Positions 27,754 to 41,102 of a DNA stretch of 64,000 nucleotides are shown in pieces. The stretch is from the human T2T-CHM13v2.0 reference genome, Homo sapiens. A program made the translations under genes and the position numbers. The DNA lies in NCBI GenBank assembly GCA_009914755.4, contig CP086569.2, positions 13,728,001-13,792,000 of the forward strand, read 5' to 3'. Each line of letters starts with the position of its first letter. The first letter of the stretch is position 1. Below the pieces are notes generated by a model, which ran no database searches, was not told the DNA's origin, and saw only the letters and a list, made by a program, of their open reading frames with translations.

Positions 27754-30700
27754 CTTTTTTTTTTTAATTATACTTTCAGTTCTAGGGTACATCTGCACAA
27801 CATGCAGGTTTGATACATAGGTATACATGTGCCATGTTGGTTTACTGCACCCATCAACTTGACACTTACATTAGCTATTTCTCCTAATGCTATTCCACCC
27901 CCGCCCCCACCCCCCGACAGGCCCTGGTGTGTGATGTTCCCCGCCCTGTGTCCAAGTGATCTCATTGCTCAATTCCCACTTATGAGTGAGAACATGCAGT
28001 GTTTGGTTTTTTGTCCTTGTGACAGTCTCCTCAGAATGATAGTTTCCAGCTTCATCCATGTGCCTGCAAAGGACATGAACTCATACTTTTTTATGGCTTC
28101 ACAATATTCCATGGTGTGTATGTGCCACATTTTCTTTATCCAGCCTGTCATTGATGGATACTTGGGTTGGTTCCAAGTCTTTGCTCTTGTGAATAGTGCC
28201 TCAGTAAACAAACATGTGCATGTGTCTTTATAGTAGCATGATTTATAATCCTTTGGGTATATACGCAGTAATGGGATCAGTTGGTCAAATGGTATTTCTA
28301 GTTCTAGATCCTTGAGGAATTGCCACAGTCTTCTACAATGGTTGAACTAATTTACACTCTCAACAACAGTGTAAAACCGTTCCTATTCCTCCACAACCTC
28401 ACCAGCATCTGTTGTTTATTGACATTTTAAGAATCACCATTCTGACTGGTGTGAGATGGTATCTCATTGTGGTTTTGATTTACATTTCTCTAATCATCAG
28501 CTTTTTTCCATGTGTCTGTTGCCTGCATAGATGTCTTCTTTTGAGAAGTGTTGTTCATATCTTTTGCCCACTTCTTGATGGGGTTATTTGTTTTTTTTTC
28601 TTGTAAATTTCTTTGAGTTCTTTGTAGATTCTGGATATTAGGCCTTTGTCAGATGGGTAGATTGCAAAAATTTTCTCCCATTCTGTAGGTTGCCTGTTCA
28701 CTATGATGGTAGTTTCTTTTGCCATGTAGAAGCTCTTTACTTTACATTTGTCTATTTTGGCTTTTGTTGCCATTGCTTTTGATGTTTTAGTCGTGAAGAC
28801 CTTGCCCATCCTATCTCCTGAATGGTATTGCCTAGGTTTTCTTCTAGGGTTTTCATGGTTTTAGGTCTAACATTTAAGTCTTTAATCCATCTTGAATTAA
28901 TCTTTGTATAAGGTGTAAGGAAGGGATCCAGTTTCAGCTTTCTACATATGGCTAGCCAGTTTTCCCAGCACCACTTATTAAATAGGGAATCCTTCCCCCA
29001 TTGCTTGTTTTTCTCAGGTTTGTCAAAGATCAGATAGTTGTAGAAGTGTGGGGTTATTTCTGAGGCCTCTATTCTGTTCCATTGGTCTATATATCTGTTT
29101 TGGTACCAGTACCATGCTGTTTTGGTTACTGTAGCCTTGTAGTATACTTTGAAGTCAAGTAACGTGATGCCTCCAGCTTTGTTCTTTTGGCTTAGGATTG
29201 TCTTGGCAATGCAGGCTCTTCTTTGGTTCCATACTAACTTTGAAGTAGTTTTTTCCAATTCTGTGAAGAAAGTTATTGGTAGCCTGATGGGGATGGCATT
29301 GAATCTATAGATAACCTTGGGCAGTATGGCCATTTACATGATATTGATTCTTCCTATCCATGAGCATGGAATGTTCTTCCATTTGTTTGTGTCCTCTTTT
29401 ATTTCATTGAGCAGTGGTTTGTAGTTCTCCTTGAAGAGGTCCTTCACATCCCTTGTAAGTTGTATTCCTATGTATTTTATTGTTTGAAGTGATTGTGAAT
29501 GGGAATTCATTCATGATTTGGCTCTCTGTTATTGGTGTATAGGAATGCTTGTGATTTTTGGCACATTGATTTTTTATGCTGAGACGTTGCTGAAGTTGCT
29601 TATCAGCTTGAGGTTTTGGGCTGAGACAATGGGGTTTTCTAAATATATAGTCATGTCATCTGCAAACAGGGACAATTTGACTTCCTCATTTCCTAATTGA
29701 ATATCCTTTATTTCTTTCTCTTTCCTGATTGCCCTGGCCAGAACGTCCAACACTATACTGAACAGGAATGGTGAGACAGGGCATCGCTGTGTTGTACCGG
29801 TTTTCAAAGGGAATGCTTCCAGTTTTTGCCCATTCAGTATGATATTGGCTGTGGGTTTGTTATAAATAGCTCTTATTTTGAAATACATTCCATCAATACC
29901 TAGTTTATTGAGAGTTTTTAGCATGAAGGGCTACTGAATTTTGTTGAAGGCCTTTTCTGCATCTATTGAGATAATCATGTGGTTTTTTTCATTGGTTTTG
30001 TTTATGTGATGGATTATGTTTATTGATTTGCATATGTTGAACCAAGCTTGCATCCCAGGGATGAAGCCCACCTGATCATGATGGATAAGCTTTTGGATGT
30101 GCTGCTGGATTTGGTTTGCCAGTATTTTCTTGAGGATTCCTGCATCAATGTTCACCAGGGATATTGGTCTAAAATTCTCTTTTTTTATTGTGACTCTGCC
30201 AGGCTTTGGTATCAGGATGATGCTGGCCTCGTAAAATGAATTAGGGAGGATTCCCTCTTTTTTCTGCTGATTGGAATAGTTTCAGAAGTAATGGTATCAG
30301 CTCCTCTTTGTACCACTGGTAGAATTCAGCTGTGAATCCATCTAGTTCTGGACTTGTTTTGGTTGGTAGGCTATTAATTAATGCCTCAATTTCAGAGCCT
30401 GTTATTGGTCTATTCAGGGATTCAACTTCTTCCTGGTTTAGTCTTGGGAGAGTGTAGGTGTCCAGGAATTTGTCCATTGCTTCTAGATTTTCTAATTTAT
30501 TTGCATAGAGGTGTTTATAGTATTCTCTGATGGTAGTTTTTATTTCTGTGGGATCAGTGGTGATATCCCTTTATCATTTTTTATTGCATCTATTTGATGT
30601 TTCTCTCTTGTCTTCTTTATTAGTCTTGCTAGTGATCTATTTATTTTGTTGATCTTTTCAAAAAACCAGCTCCTGGATTCATGACTTTTTTTTTTTTAAG

Positions 30701-33700
30701 GGTTTTTTGTGTCTCTATCTCTTTCAGTTCTGCTCTGATCTTAGTTATTTCTTGCCTTCTGCTAGCTTTTGAATGTGTTTTGAATGTGTTCTTGCCTTCT
30801 GCTAGCTTTTGAATGTGCTCTTGCTTCTCTAGTTCTTTTAATTGTGATGTTAGGGTGTTGATTTTAGAACTTTCCTGCTTTCTCTTGTGGGCATTTAGTG
30901 CTATAAATTTCCCTCTACACACTGCTTTAAATGTGTCCCAGAGATTCTGGTACATTGTGTCTTTGTTCTCATTGGTTTAAAAAACATCTTTATTTCTGCC
31001 TTCATTTCACTATGCAGTGGTCATTCAGGAGCAGGTTGTTCAGTTTCCATGTAGTTGTGCAGTTTTGAGTGAGTTTTCTTCATCCCGAGTTCTAATTTGA
31101 TTGCTCTGTGCTCTGAGAGATGGTTTGTTGTGATTTCTGTTCTTTTACATTTGCTGAGGAGTGCTTTACTTCCAACTATGTGGTCAATTTTAGAATAAGT
31201 GTGATGTGGTGCTGAGAAGAATGTATATTCTGTTGATTTGGGGTGGAGAGTTCTGTAGATGTCTACTAGGTCTGCTTGTTGCAGAACTGATTTCACGTCC
31301 TGGATATCTTTGTTAACCTGTCTCAATCTTTCTAATATTGACAGTGGAGAGTTAAAGTCTCCACTGTCACACAAAATAATAATTTTGTCTCCCATTATTA
31401 TTGTGTGGGAGTCTAAGTCTCTTTGTAGGTCTCTAAGGACTTGCTTTACAAATCTTGGTGCTCCTGTATTGGGTGCATATATATTTAGGATAGTTAGCTC
31501 TTCTTGTTGAATTGATCCCTTTACCATTATGTAGTGGCCTTCTTTGTTGGTTTAAACTCTTTTGATCTTTGTTGGTTTAAAGTCTGTTTTATCTGAGACG
31601 AGGATTGCAACCCCTGCTTTTCTTTTGCTTTCCATTTGCTTGGCAGATCTTCCTCCATCCCTTTATTTTGAACCTGTGTGTGTCTTTGCACATGAGATGG
31701 GTCTCCTGAATGCAGCACACCGATGGGTCTTGACTCTTTATCCAATTTGCTGGTCTGTGTCTTTTATTTGGGGCATTTAGCCCATTTACATTTAAGGTTA
31801 ATATTGTTATGTGTGGATTTGATCCTGTCATTATGATGTTAGCTGGTTATTTTGCCAGTTAACTGATGCAGTTTCTTCACAGCCTTGATGATCTTTACAA
31901 TTTGGCATGTTTTTGCAGTGGCTGATACCGCTTGTTCCTTTCCATGTTTAGTGCTTCCTTCAGGAGCTCTTGTAAGGCAGGCCTGGTGGTGACAAAATCT
32001 CTCAGCCTTTGCTTGTCTGTAAAGGATTTTATTTCTCCTTCACTTATGAAGCTTAGTTTGTCTGGATATGAAATTCTGGGTTGAAAATTCTTTTCTTTAA
32101 GAACATTGAATACTGGCCCCACTCTCTTCTGGCTTGTAGGGTTTCTGCTGAGAAAGCCATTGTTGTTAGTCTGATGGGCTTCCCTTTGTGGTTAACTCGA
32201 CCTTTCTCTCTGGCTTCCCTTAACATTTTTTCCTTCATTTTACCCTTGGTGAATCTGACAATTATGTTCTTGGGGTTGCTGTTCTTGAGGAGTATCTTTG
32301 TGGTGTTCTCTGTATTTCCTGAATTTGAATGTTGGCTGGACTTGCTCGGTTGGCAAAGTTCTCCTGGATAATATCCTGTAGAGTGTTTTACAACTTGGTT
32401 CCATTCTCCCCATCACTTTCAGGTACACCAATCAAACGTAGATTTGGTCTTTTCACATAGTCCCATATTTCTTGGAGGCATTGTTTGTTTCTTTTTACTC
32501 TTTTTTCTCTAAACTTTTCTTCTTGTTTTATTTCTTTCATTTGATCTTCAGTCACGGATACTCTTTCTTCCACTTGATCCAAGTGGCTATTCAAGCTTGT
32601 GCACGTGTCCCAAAGTTCTCGTGCCATGGTTTTCAGCTTCATTAGTTCATTTAAGGTTTTCACTGTTTATTCTAGTTAGCCATTCGTCTAACCTTTTTTC
32701 AAGGTTTTTAGCTTCCTTGCGATGGTTTCGAACATGCTCCCTTAGCTCGGAGTAGTTTGTTATTACCAACCTTCTGAAGCCTACCTCTGTCAACTCATCA
32801 AAGTCATTCTCTGTCCAACTTTGTTCCGTTGCTGGCGAGGAGTTGCAATCCTTTGGAGGAGAAGAGGCGCTCTGATTTTTAGAGTGTTCAGCTTTTCTGC
32901 TCTGGTTACTCCCCATCTTTGTGGTTTTATCTACCTTTGGTCTCTGATGTTAGTGACCTACAGATGGGGTGTTGGTGTTGGATGTCCTTTTTGTTGATGT
33001 TGATGCTATTCCTTTCTGTTATTATTTTCCTTCTAACAGTCAGGTCCCTCAGCTGCAGGTCAGTTGGACTTTGCTGGAGGTCCCTCCAGACGCTGTTTGC
33101 CTGGGTATCGCCAGTGGAAGCTGCAGAATTGCAAATATTGCAGAACAGCAAATATTGCTGCCTGATCCTTCCTCTGGAAGCTTCATCCCAGAGGGGCACC
33201 CGCCTATATGAGGTGTCTGTTGGCCCCTACTAGGAGGTGTCTCCCAGTTAGGCTACCTGGCGGTCAGGGACCCACTTGAGGAGGCAAACTGTCCATTCTC
33301 AGAGCTCAAACACTGTGTTGGTAGAACCACAGCTCTCTTCAGAGCTGTCAGACAGGGATGTTTAAGTCTGCAGAAGTTATCTGCTGCCTTGTGTTCAGCT
33401 AAGCCCTGCCCGCAGAGGTGGAGTCTAGAGGCAGCAGACCTTGCTGAGCTGCGGTGGGCGGAAGCAGTTCAGGCTTCCCAGCTGCTTTGTTTACCTACTC
33501 AAGCCTCAGCAATGGTGGATGCCCATTCCCCAGCCAGGCTGCTGCCTTGCAGTTCGATCTCAGACTGCTGCACTAGCAGTGAGCAAGGCTCTGTGGATGT
33601 GGGACCCACCGAGCCAGGCATGGGAGAGAATCTCCTTGTCTGCTGGTTGCTAAGACCTTGAGAAGAGCGCAGTATTTGGGCGGAAGTATCCCTTTTTTCC

Positions 33701-33929
33701 AGGTACAGTCTGTCACAGCTTCCCTTGGCTAAGAAAGGGAAATCCCTGGACACCTTGAGCTTCCCAGGTGAGGTGACGCCCTGCCCTTCTTCGGATCACC
33801 CTCCGTGGGCTGCACCCACTCTCCAACCAGTCCCAGTGAGATGAACCAGGTACTTAAGTTGGAAATGTAGAAATCACCCATCTTCTGCATCAATCACAGT
33901 GGGAGCTGCAGACCAGAGCTGTTCCTATT
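27754..33929 (-). mobile_element. Near full-length L1 (primate L1PA-class, about 6.2 kb) in antisense orientation within a USP9 intron; ORF1 and ORF2 are disrupted
   Basis: The poly-T (poly-A tail) at 27754-27766 is followed by the antisense L1 3' UTR (ttatactttcagttctagggtacatctgcacaacatgcagg...). Supplied minus-strand ORFs give ORF2 endonuclease/RT fragments (MTGSNPHITILTLNVNGLN..., MVKGSIQQEELTILNIYAPNTGAPRF..., ...[12 protein letters not shown]..., ...[43 protein letters not shown]...) and ORF1 fragments (MGSNQSRKAEHSKNQSASSPPKD...). The 5' UTR ends ...agctgttcctatt at about 33929. The ORFs are split by many frameshifts and stops. Confidence 0.9.
30751..30824. repeat. Internal ~37-bp tandem duplication within the intronic L1 (antisense ORF1/ORF2 junction region)
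   Basis: cttgccttctgctagcttttgaatgtg occurs twice in tandem, at 30751-30777 and 30791-30817. Confidence 0.6.
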
Positions 33930-34656
33930 TCTCCATCACATTCTTTTCTCTTAATGTTCCACTTTCATCCTTAATATTAGGTTTTGTCTTCCATTTACTG
34001 TTTTTATTTTTTTAAGGAACCCAGTAAGGCTTTTGATACCTCCTTAAGTTCTGTTAATATTTTAGGATTATGATGTACTTTTTCTAGAATTAGTTACAAT
34101 AGGTAACACTTAATCCATCGCCTCTAAGTAGTTGTATTAGTATATAAGAAATCGGAGTGGTAATTTTTCAGAACTGAGATTATGCTACTAACAGGTCTAT
34201 AAACATACCCCTAGAATTCTCAATTGTGTTCTCTTCAGTAAAATCAGTCTAAGAATTATACTGTAGAATTAGTTGCCTAATTCTGCCTGAAAATTCTAAC
34301 TTTTCTCCTCGTGAGAATTTTAATATAGCTTGTTTTAGGAACACACACAAACATACACACACACAGAAACACACCTATTAGACATAATAATAAGCAAAAG
34401 AACCCGAAAACAAATGTATTATAAAGCTGCAGAACACAGTGCTTAAAGGTAAATCATTGTAATCTTGAATTTTAGAGAACCGAAAATATTAGATTTCAAC
34501 AATTAAAATTCTCAAGTTGTGATTCAGTCCAGCATCAAGCAGATCAAATAATGTAAAAGTGGCATTAGATGGGTAATGTTTTATATTAGATCTCATTTGT
34601 TTTAATGGGTTCCAATTTTTATTTAAAATTTTTACTGTGTTTGAAAGAATTTTTAG

Positions 34657-34975
<319 letters not shown>

Positions 34976-35526
34976 AGCTATGTACATCTTGTAGTTACTA
35001 TAAGGCTAAATCACATTTTTAGCCTTCTTATCTTATCCAAGGAAGTGATTTTAGTAAAGGTACACATGTTGGATTAATGTGGAAAATAGTAGACTTTTGT
35101 ACAAAATTAATATTGTCCTTACAAACATAAGCTTGAAGTGTTTTGTATAATGAACATTGAGTTTATTCAGTAAACAGTATTCAACAGATATATATATCAA
35201 CATCTGCTGTGTGCCAAGCAGTGTTATTATCACTTCATTATAAACTGTAAGAGAATAAGAAAATGGAATATGATACATCACAAGTGTTGCAGGAAGCATA
35301 TCCATGTTATTTTTTGTCTGAAATGATTAGATTTCAAAAGTTGCCCTTTCCAAACAAAAGTTGTATTATAAATGTCTCTGAAGCTAACAAAAAAAACCTA
35401 ACATCTGACCTGGAATATAAAAATACTTTGTTAAGTAAGATACATGGTATAGAGAAAAGAAATTTCAAGTTATTTTTCTGTGTAGGTAATGACACAAAAG
35501 AAAGAAAGCATATATTTGTTTGTAAC

Positions 35527-35801
<275 letters not shown>

Positions 35802-36041
35802 TAAATTGACTATTAAGGAGAAACAGGGAAGAGTTGGCTATGTAAATATGTTGCAGTTAGGCAGTCCTGAAATAAAATAATTGATCATTAGCAAATCAGG
35901 CAGATTTTATCATTGTCAGTGAAAATTGCTTTATGCGTCATGTATGTGTTTTCACAGTATCAGAATTCAAGTTAATTTTATACTGCCAATTTATATCATT
36001 GTTCCATAATCAGTAAGTTTTTTTCAACTAAAGAAGTCTTA

Positions 36042-36256
<215 letters not shown>

Positions 36257-36314
36257 AAGAAATATGAAAAATTATGTGGCATCATTGTCCTTAATTTGCT
36301 CTTAGTAATTTTTG

Positions 36315-36384
36315 TGAGCAGCTGGTTAGCAATCTAAGTGAGATTCCTATGTCTGACTAAGTCAGATTGCTAACCAGCTGCTCA
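36315..36384. repeat. Perfect 21-bp inverted repeat with a 28-nt spacer (potential hairpin/cruciform)
   Basis: tgagcagctggttagcaatct at 36315-36335 and agattgctaaccagctgctca at 36364-36384 are exact reverse complements; spacer aagtgagattcctatgtctgactaagtc. Confidence 0.8.
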
Positions 36385-36613
36385 AGTTGCCAGATCTGTA
36401 ATATTTGGCAAGCTATTTGTGCTGTCTGTACTTGTTTTCTCATTTGTTAAAATGTTCCTAATTTTAATTTGTTCCTACCTACTTAGGAAAGTAACTCTAA
36501 TGTTAATTAGATTATATGATTACATCAAAAAAGTACTAAATGGCACATAATTAGGAACTCAAATGTTAGCTACTATTGGATATTACAAAGTTTTACATCT
36601 GCTTCTGTTTTAG

Positions 36614-36770
36614 AATTCATAATGCACTTAAAGGAATTCCAGATGACAGAGATGGGCTGTTCGATACAATACAGCGCTCGAAGAATCACTATCAAAAACG
36701 AGCATATCAGTGCATAAAATGTATGGTAGCTCTATTTAGCAGTTGTCCTGTTGCTTACCAGATCTTACAG
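36614..36770 (+). CDS. USP9Y: USP9 coding exon; peptide (R)[52 protein letters not shown]
   Basis: Acceptor tttAG at 36612-36613; donor CAG|GTGAGG at 36771. Overlaps supplied ORF 36576..36791. Confidence 0.85.
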
Positions 36771-36906
36771 GTGAGGGTTTTTCTCTTATAAATTTGTAGA
36801 AACCTCTGTCACAAGTAAGGAAATGATCGTGAAATTTTTGTATTAGCATTTTAAGCTGATACTGAAAATCATTCTAAATTCTAAATAGTTTTATTTTTTT
36901 CTAAAG

Positions 36907-37119
36907 GGTAACGGAGATCTTAAAAGAAAATGGACCTGGGCAGTGGAATGGCTAGGAGATGAACTTGAAAGAAGACCATATACTGGCAATCCTCAGTATA
37001 GTTACAACAATTGGTCTCCTCCAGTACAAAGCAATGAAACAGCAAATGGTTATTTCTTAGAAAGATCACATAGTGCTAGGATGACACTTGCAAAAGCTTG
37101 TGAACTCTGTCCAGAAGAG
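36907..37119 (+). CDS. USP9Y: USP9 coding exon; peptide [71 protein letters not shown]
   Basis: Acceptor taaAG at 36905-36906; donor GAG|GTAAAAAAAAAAAAG at 37120. Overlaps supplied ORF 36943..37185. Confidence 0.85.
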
Positions 37120-37281
37120 GTAAAAAAAAAAAAGGCTACCAATGGACAGCAGATGGAAATGGGAAAAAGAAAAGTATTTTTTTAATGTGTAGGCCCATGT
37201 TTATTAATATTGTGCTTAAAAAAATCATGTGCAGTTTTGTTTGCTTTAGTGGTTAGCTTGATTTGTTTGATCTTAAGTTAA

Positions 37282-37678
<397 letters not shown>

Positions 37679-37839
37679 TGTTTTCTTATATTTTAAATTA
37701 TTTGCAGTAAATGCAAAGATGTTAAAGAGGCCAGCTTTGTGCATTTTTTAAAAGTTTATTCTAAATGAAGGAAATTAAATATAAATTTGAAGTTACTTTT
37801 ATAATCTAATGCTTAATCTCTTTAAATATTTAAAATTAG

Positions 37840-37935
37840 GAGCCAGATGACCAGGATGCCCCAGATGAGCATGAGCCCTCTCCATCAGAAGATGCCCCAT
37901 TATATCCTCATTCACCTGCCTCTCAGTATCAACAG
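37840..37935 (+). CDS. USP9Y: USP9 coding exon; peptide [32 protein letters not shown]
   Basis: Acceptor attAG at 37838-37839; donor CAG|GTAAAA at 37936. In frame, 32 codons. Confidence 0.8.
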
Positions 37936-38607
37936 GTAAAAAGGATTTTTCATTTTTATCCCCCAAACCCATTTTGATGCTTTACTTAAAAGGTCTTCAA
38001 TTATTATTTTCTTAAATATTTTGAAAGTCCAAACTTTCTCTGTACCTGGCTGATATTTAAAACTGGATAAACTGTTCCAAACCAACATGGAGTGAAGATG
38101 GATCCACTGTGACTGTAAAGTAATAAATTATCTAGAACAGCTTTGACAAGATGATCAGTAGAGTGTTAGTTGAAATGACGTCATGTTTTATTTTGCCATT
38201 GTGATATGTTCTTTGTAACCAGGTACTACCCCCTTTTGCTATTTGCTATGGTTAATAAAATTGTGTGATATTTCAGTAATTGTTGAAGAAATGTGAAAGC
38301 AAAAGTATCTGAGATTCAGTGGCAGTAAAAATTCAGTTTGACTGGCTTTAATAGATGGTTAACTGAAAAAATATAACTTCGGAAAAATATAAATAAACTT
38401 TCTGATAAGTTCTTTTGCAAAACAGGTATATTTGGGAAAAGATTCTGGGAAGATTAGCCGCAAATGTGGCTAATGCAGTCATTTTAAGGCCATGGTTCTT
38501 AAATTTAATGTACATCATAATCATGTAAATGCACTGATTGAGAACAGCAATTGCAGGGTCCAGAAATTGTCACTCTACAGGGCTATCGTGGGGCTCAAGA
38601 ATTGGCC

Positions 38608-38898
38608 TTTTTTTTTTCTTTTTTTGAGAGAGTCTCACCCTGTCACCAGTCTAGAGTGCAGTGGTGCAATCACAGCTCACTGTAACCTCCGCCTCTGGGG
38701 TTCAGGCAATTCTGCCTCAGCCTCCCGAGTAGCTGGACTATAGGAACGCACCATCACGCCCAGCTAATTTTTGTATTTTTAGTAGAGGTGGAGTTTCACC
38801 ATGTTGGCCAGGATGGACTCAATCTCTTGACCTTGTGATCTGCCCGCCTTGGCCCCCCAAAATGCTGGGATTATAGGCGTGAGCCACTGCACCTGGCC
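38608..38898 (-). mobile_element. Alu SINE (antisense)
   Basis: Poly-T start, then gagagagtctcaccctgtcaccagtctagagtgcagtggtgc ... ends ggcgtgagccactgcacctggcc. Confidence 0.85.
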
Positions 38899-38919
38899 AA
38901 CAATTGTCACTTCTTATAA

Positions 38920-39286
<367 letters not shown>

Positions 39287-39552
39287 AGACTCTTGGGTAC
39301 ATTCTCTAGGGAGGTGAAATGAATTTTTATCAGAAGCTGACACATTTATGTGTGTGCACTTTCTCAAAACACTTTATTCATATGGTACTTCTTCTCTTCA
39401 AATATAAAAATCAGATTGTAAGTTCTTTTTTTTTTTTTAAAGATCCAGGTTTAAAAATGTCTACTTTTTGACCAACCTTACCCCATGGTTTTAAATTTTT
39501 AATTGTTAATATTTGAAAAGTGTTACAATGCTGGTCTCTTTCACCCTCTTAG

Positions 39553-39690
39553 AATAATCATGTACATGGACAGCCATATACAGGACCAGCAGCACATCAC
39601 TTGAACAACCCTCAGAAAACAGGCCAACGAACACAAGAAAATTATGAAGGCAATGAAGAAGTATCCTCACCTCAGATGAAGGATCAGTGA
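39553..39690 (+). CDS. USP9Y: USP9 terminal coding exon; peptide [45 protein letters not shown], then stop TGA at 39688-39690
   Basis: Acceptor cttAG at 39551-39552. In frame with the previous exon. The C-terminal tail ends with the family-typical ...KDQ*. Confidence 0.85.
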   Translation, partial: NNHVHGQPYTGPAAHHLNNPQKTGQRTQENYEGNEEVSSPQMKDQ

Positions 39691-40420
39691 AAAGCAATAA
39701 TTAACTGCTTCCTTTATGACTATGCACTAAGGTCTTATAGTCCAAACTTTCTCTGTGTCTGGCTAGTATTGAAAACTAGATAAACTGCTCCAAACCAACA
39801 TGGAGTAAAGAGCATATTCACTGGTTTATTTGCAGTAATTTGCAATTTGTCAGTGTATAAGACACATGCAGGGTGAAGTGTACAGAGTTTTGTAACAAAT
39901 GACTGGTCCTAATCTGTAAATGAGAAAGGTATATATACTATGTTAATGTCTGACTGTTAATTCTTAAGCAAGAAACTTTTTTTGATGAAAACAAGTCAGA
40001 TCTACACAGTCACACAATTATTTTTTGTTGTGTTCACTACATTGTGCAATTGATATTGCCTGCTTTGAGCAGTTTGGTCAACTTACCAACTTCCCCCCAA
40101 AAAAGGGAACATAAAAGAGCCCATCTTTGTCAGTTTACACCAATAGTTTCTTGTTAATCCTTCTTTCCTGGATATATAAGGCTGGTGGTAACTTTTGAAT
40201 TATATGGTTGATGTGGAAAATTGGCAGTGTAACATTTCTAGATACTTTTCATTACCTTTTTATTCTGGTATATAGGCTAACCACTTTAAAGCTATTCTTA
40301 TGCTGTAACAGTTAGCATGGCTTCACACTGTTTGTGTAGCCAAGAGGACAGAATTACATGAATGACAGTGCCCAGAGTGACAGCTGTATATTGCTCAGAG
40401 CTTTTATTTCTTATACCTAG

Positions 40421-40426
40421 AATAAA
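40421..40426 (+). terminator. Alternative upstream AATAAA hexamer within the 3' UTR (possible proximal poly(A) site)
   Basis: Hexamer only; no strong downstream GU element noted. Confidence 0.25.
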
Positions 40427-41096
40427 TATAAAATGGGGGAAAAATGTGACAGACAAGCAGTTTTTCATTGCACACATATTCTTCACATTTAATGTTTGAT
40501 AGTTCAATTTCTTGAGCTGAAGAATATCAAAGTATCGATAATACGAATTTTAAAATATTAAAACCAATACACAAAATTTTCCTATGTCAGAATGTGGTGG
40601 AGCATAATAGATTGTATTTGGTGTGCTTGCGATTTTTTTTTTCCATAGAATTTATTAAGTGAAGTTTCTAAAACTTTGCTTCTCCTGATCCCGGTGAAGT
40701 GTACATCATAAGAATCCATAGTACTTTGAAGTACCATTGCACCAAGATGTCTGACTGAATTCATAGTCACACTTTTATTTGAAAGAAAGAATTGTTGTAG
40801 TTTTTTTTCATTATTCTAAAACTCTTGTTGTTAGATACAAGATTTAATTAAGATCTAAGCTCCTGCTTATTTAATGTAATTCTAAGGTACCATTTTAGAA
40901 AAAACATTTGTTTTAAGATTCCAAGAAACCTGTGAGTTAATACTATATTTAAAAGAGAATTGGTAAATTTTGAATGTGTGTAATATTTTGGAACCTGTTT
41001 AAAAACCAAATATACCTGCAAATAGATACAGCCTATCCTATACTATTTAAATGTTTGGCTGTTTTGTTTTATAGAAATTATTTTGCTGAATTCACA

Positions 41097-41102
41097 AATA
41101 AA
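41097..41102 (+). terminator. Canonical polyadenylation signal AATAAA with a GU-rich downstream element (tgtggtgtgtttttgtttc, about 41125-41148)
   Basis: The hexamer plus a U/GU-rich tract 20-45 nt downstream is the classical cleavage/polyadenylation architecture. Confidence 0.5.

Noticed and set aside
28752-31831. Minus-strand ORFs of 116-193 aa with reverse-transcriptase/endonuclease similarity
   Set aside because: They are fragments of the disrupted ORF2 (and ORF1) of the intronic L1PA element. They are not a cellular gene or an intact transposon protein.
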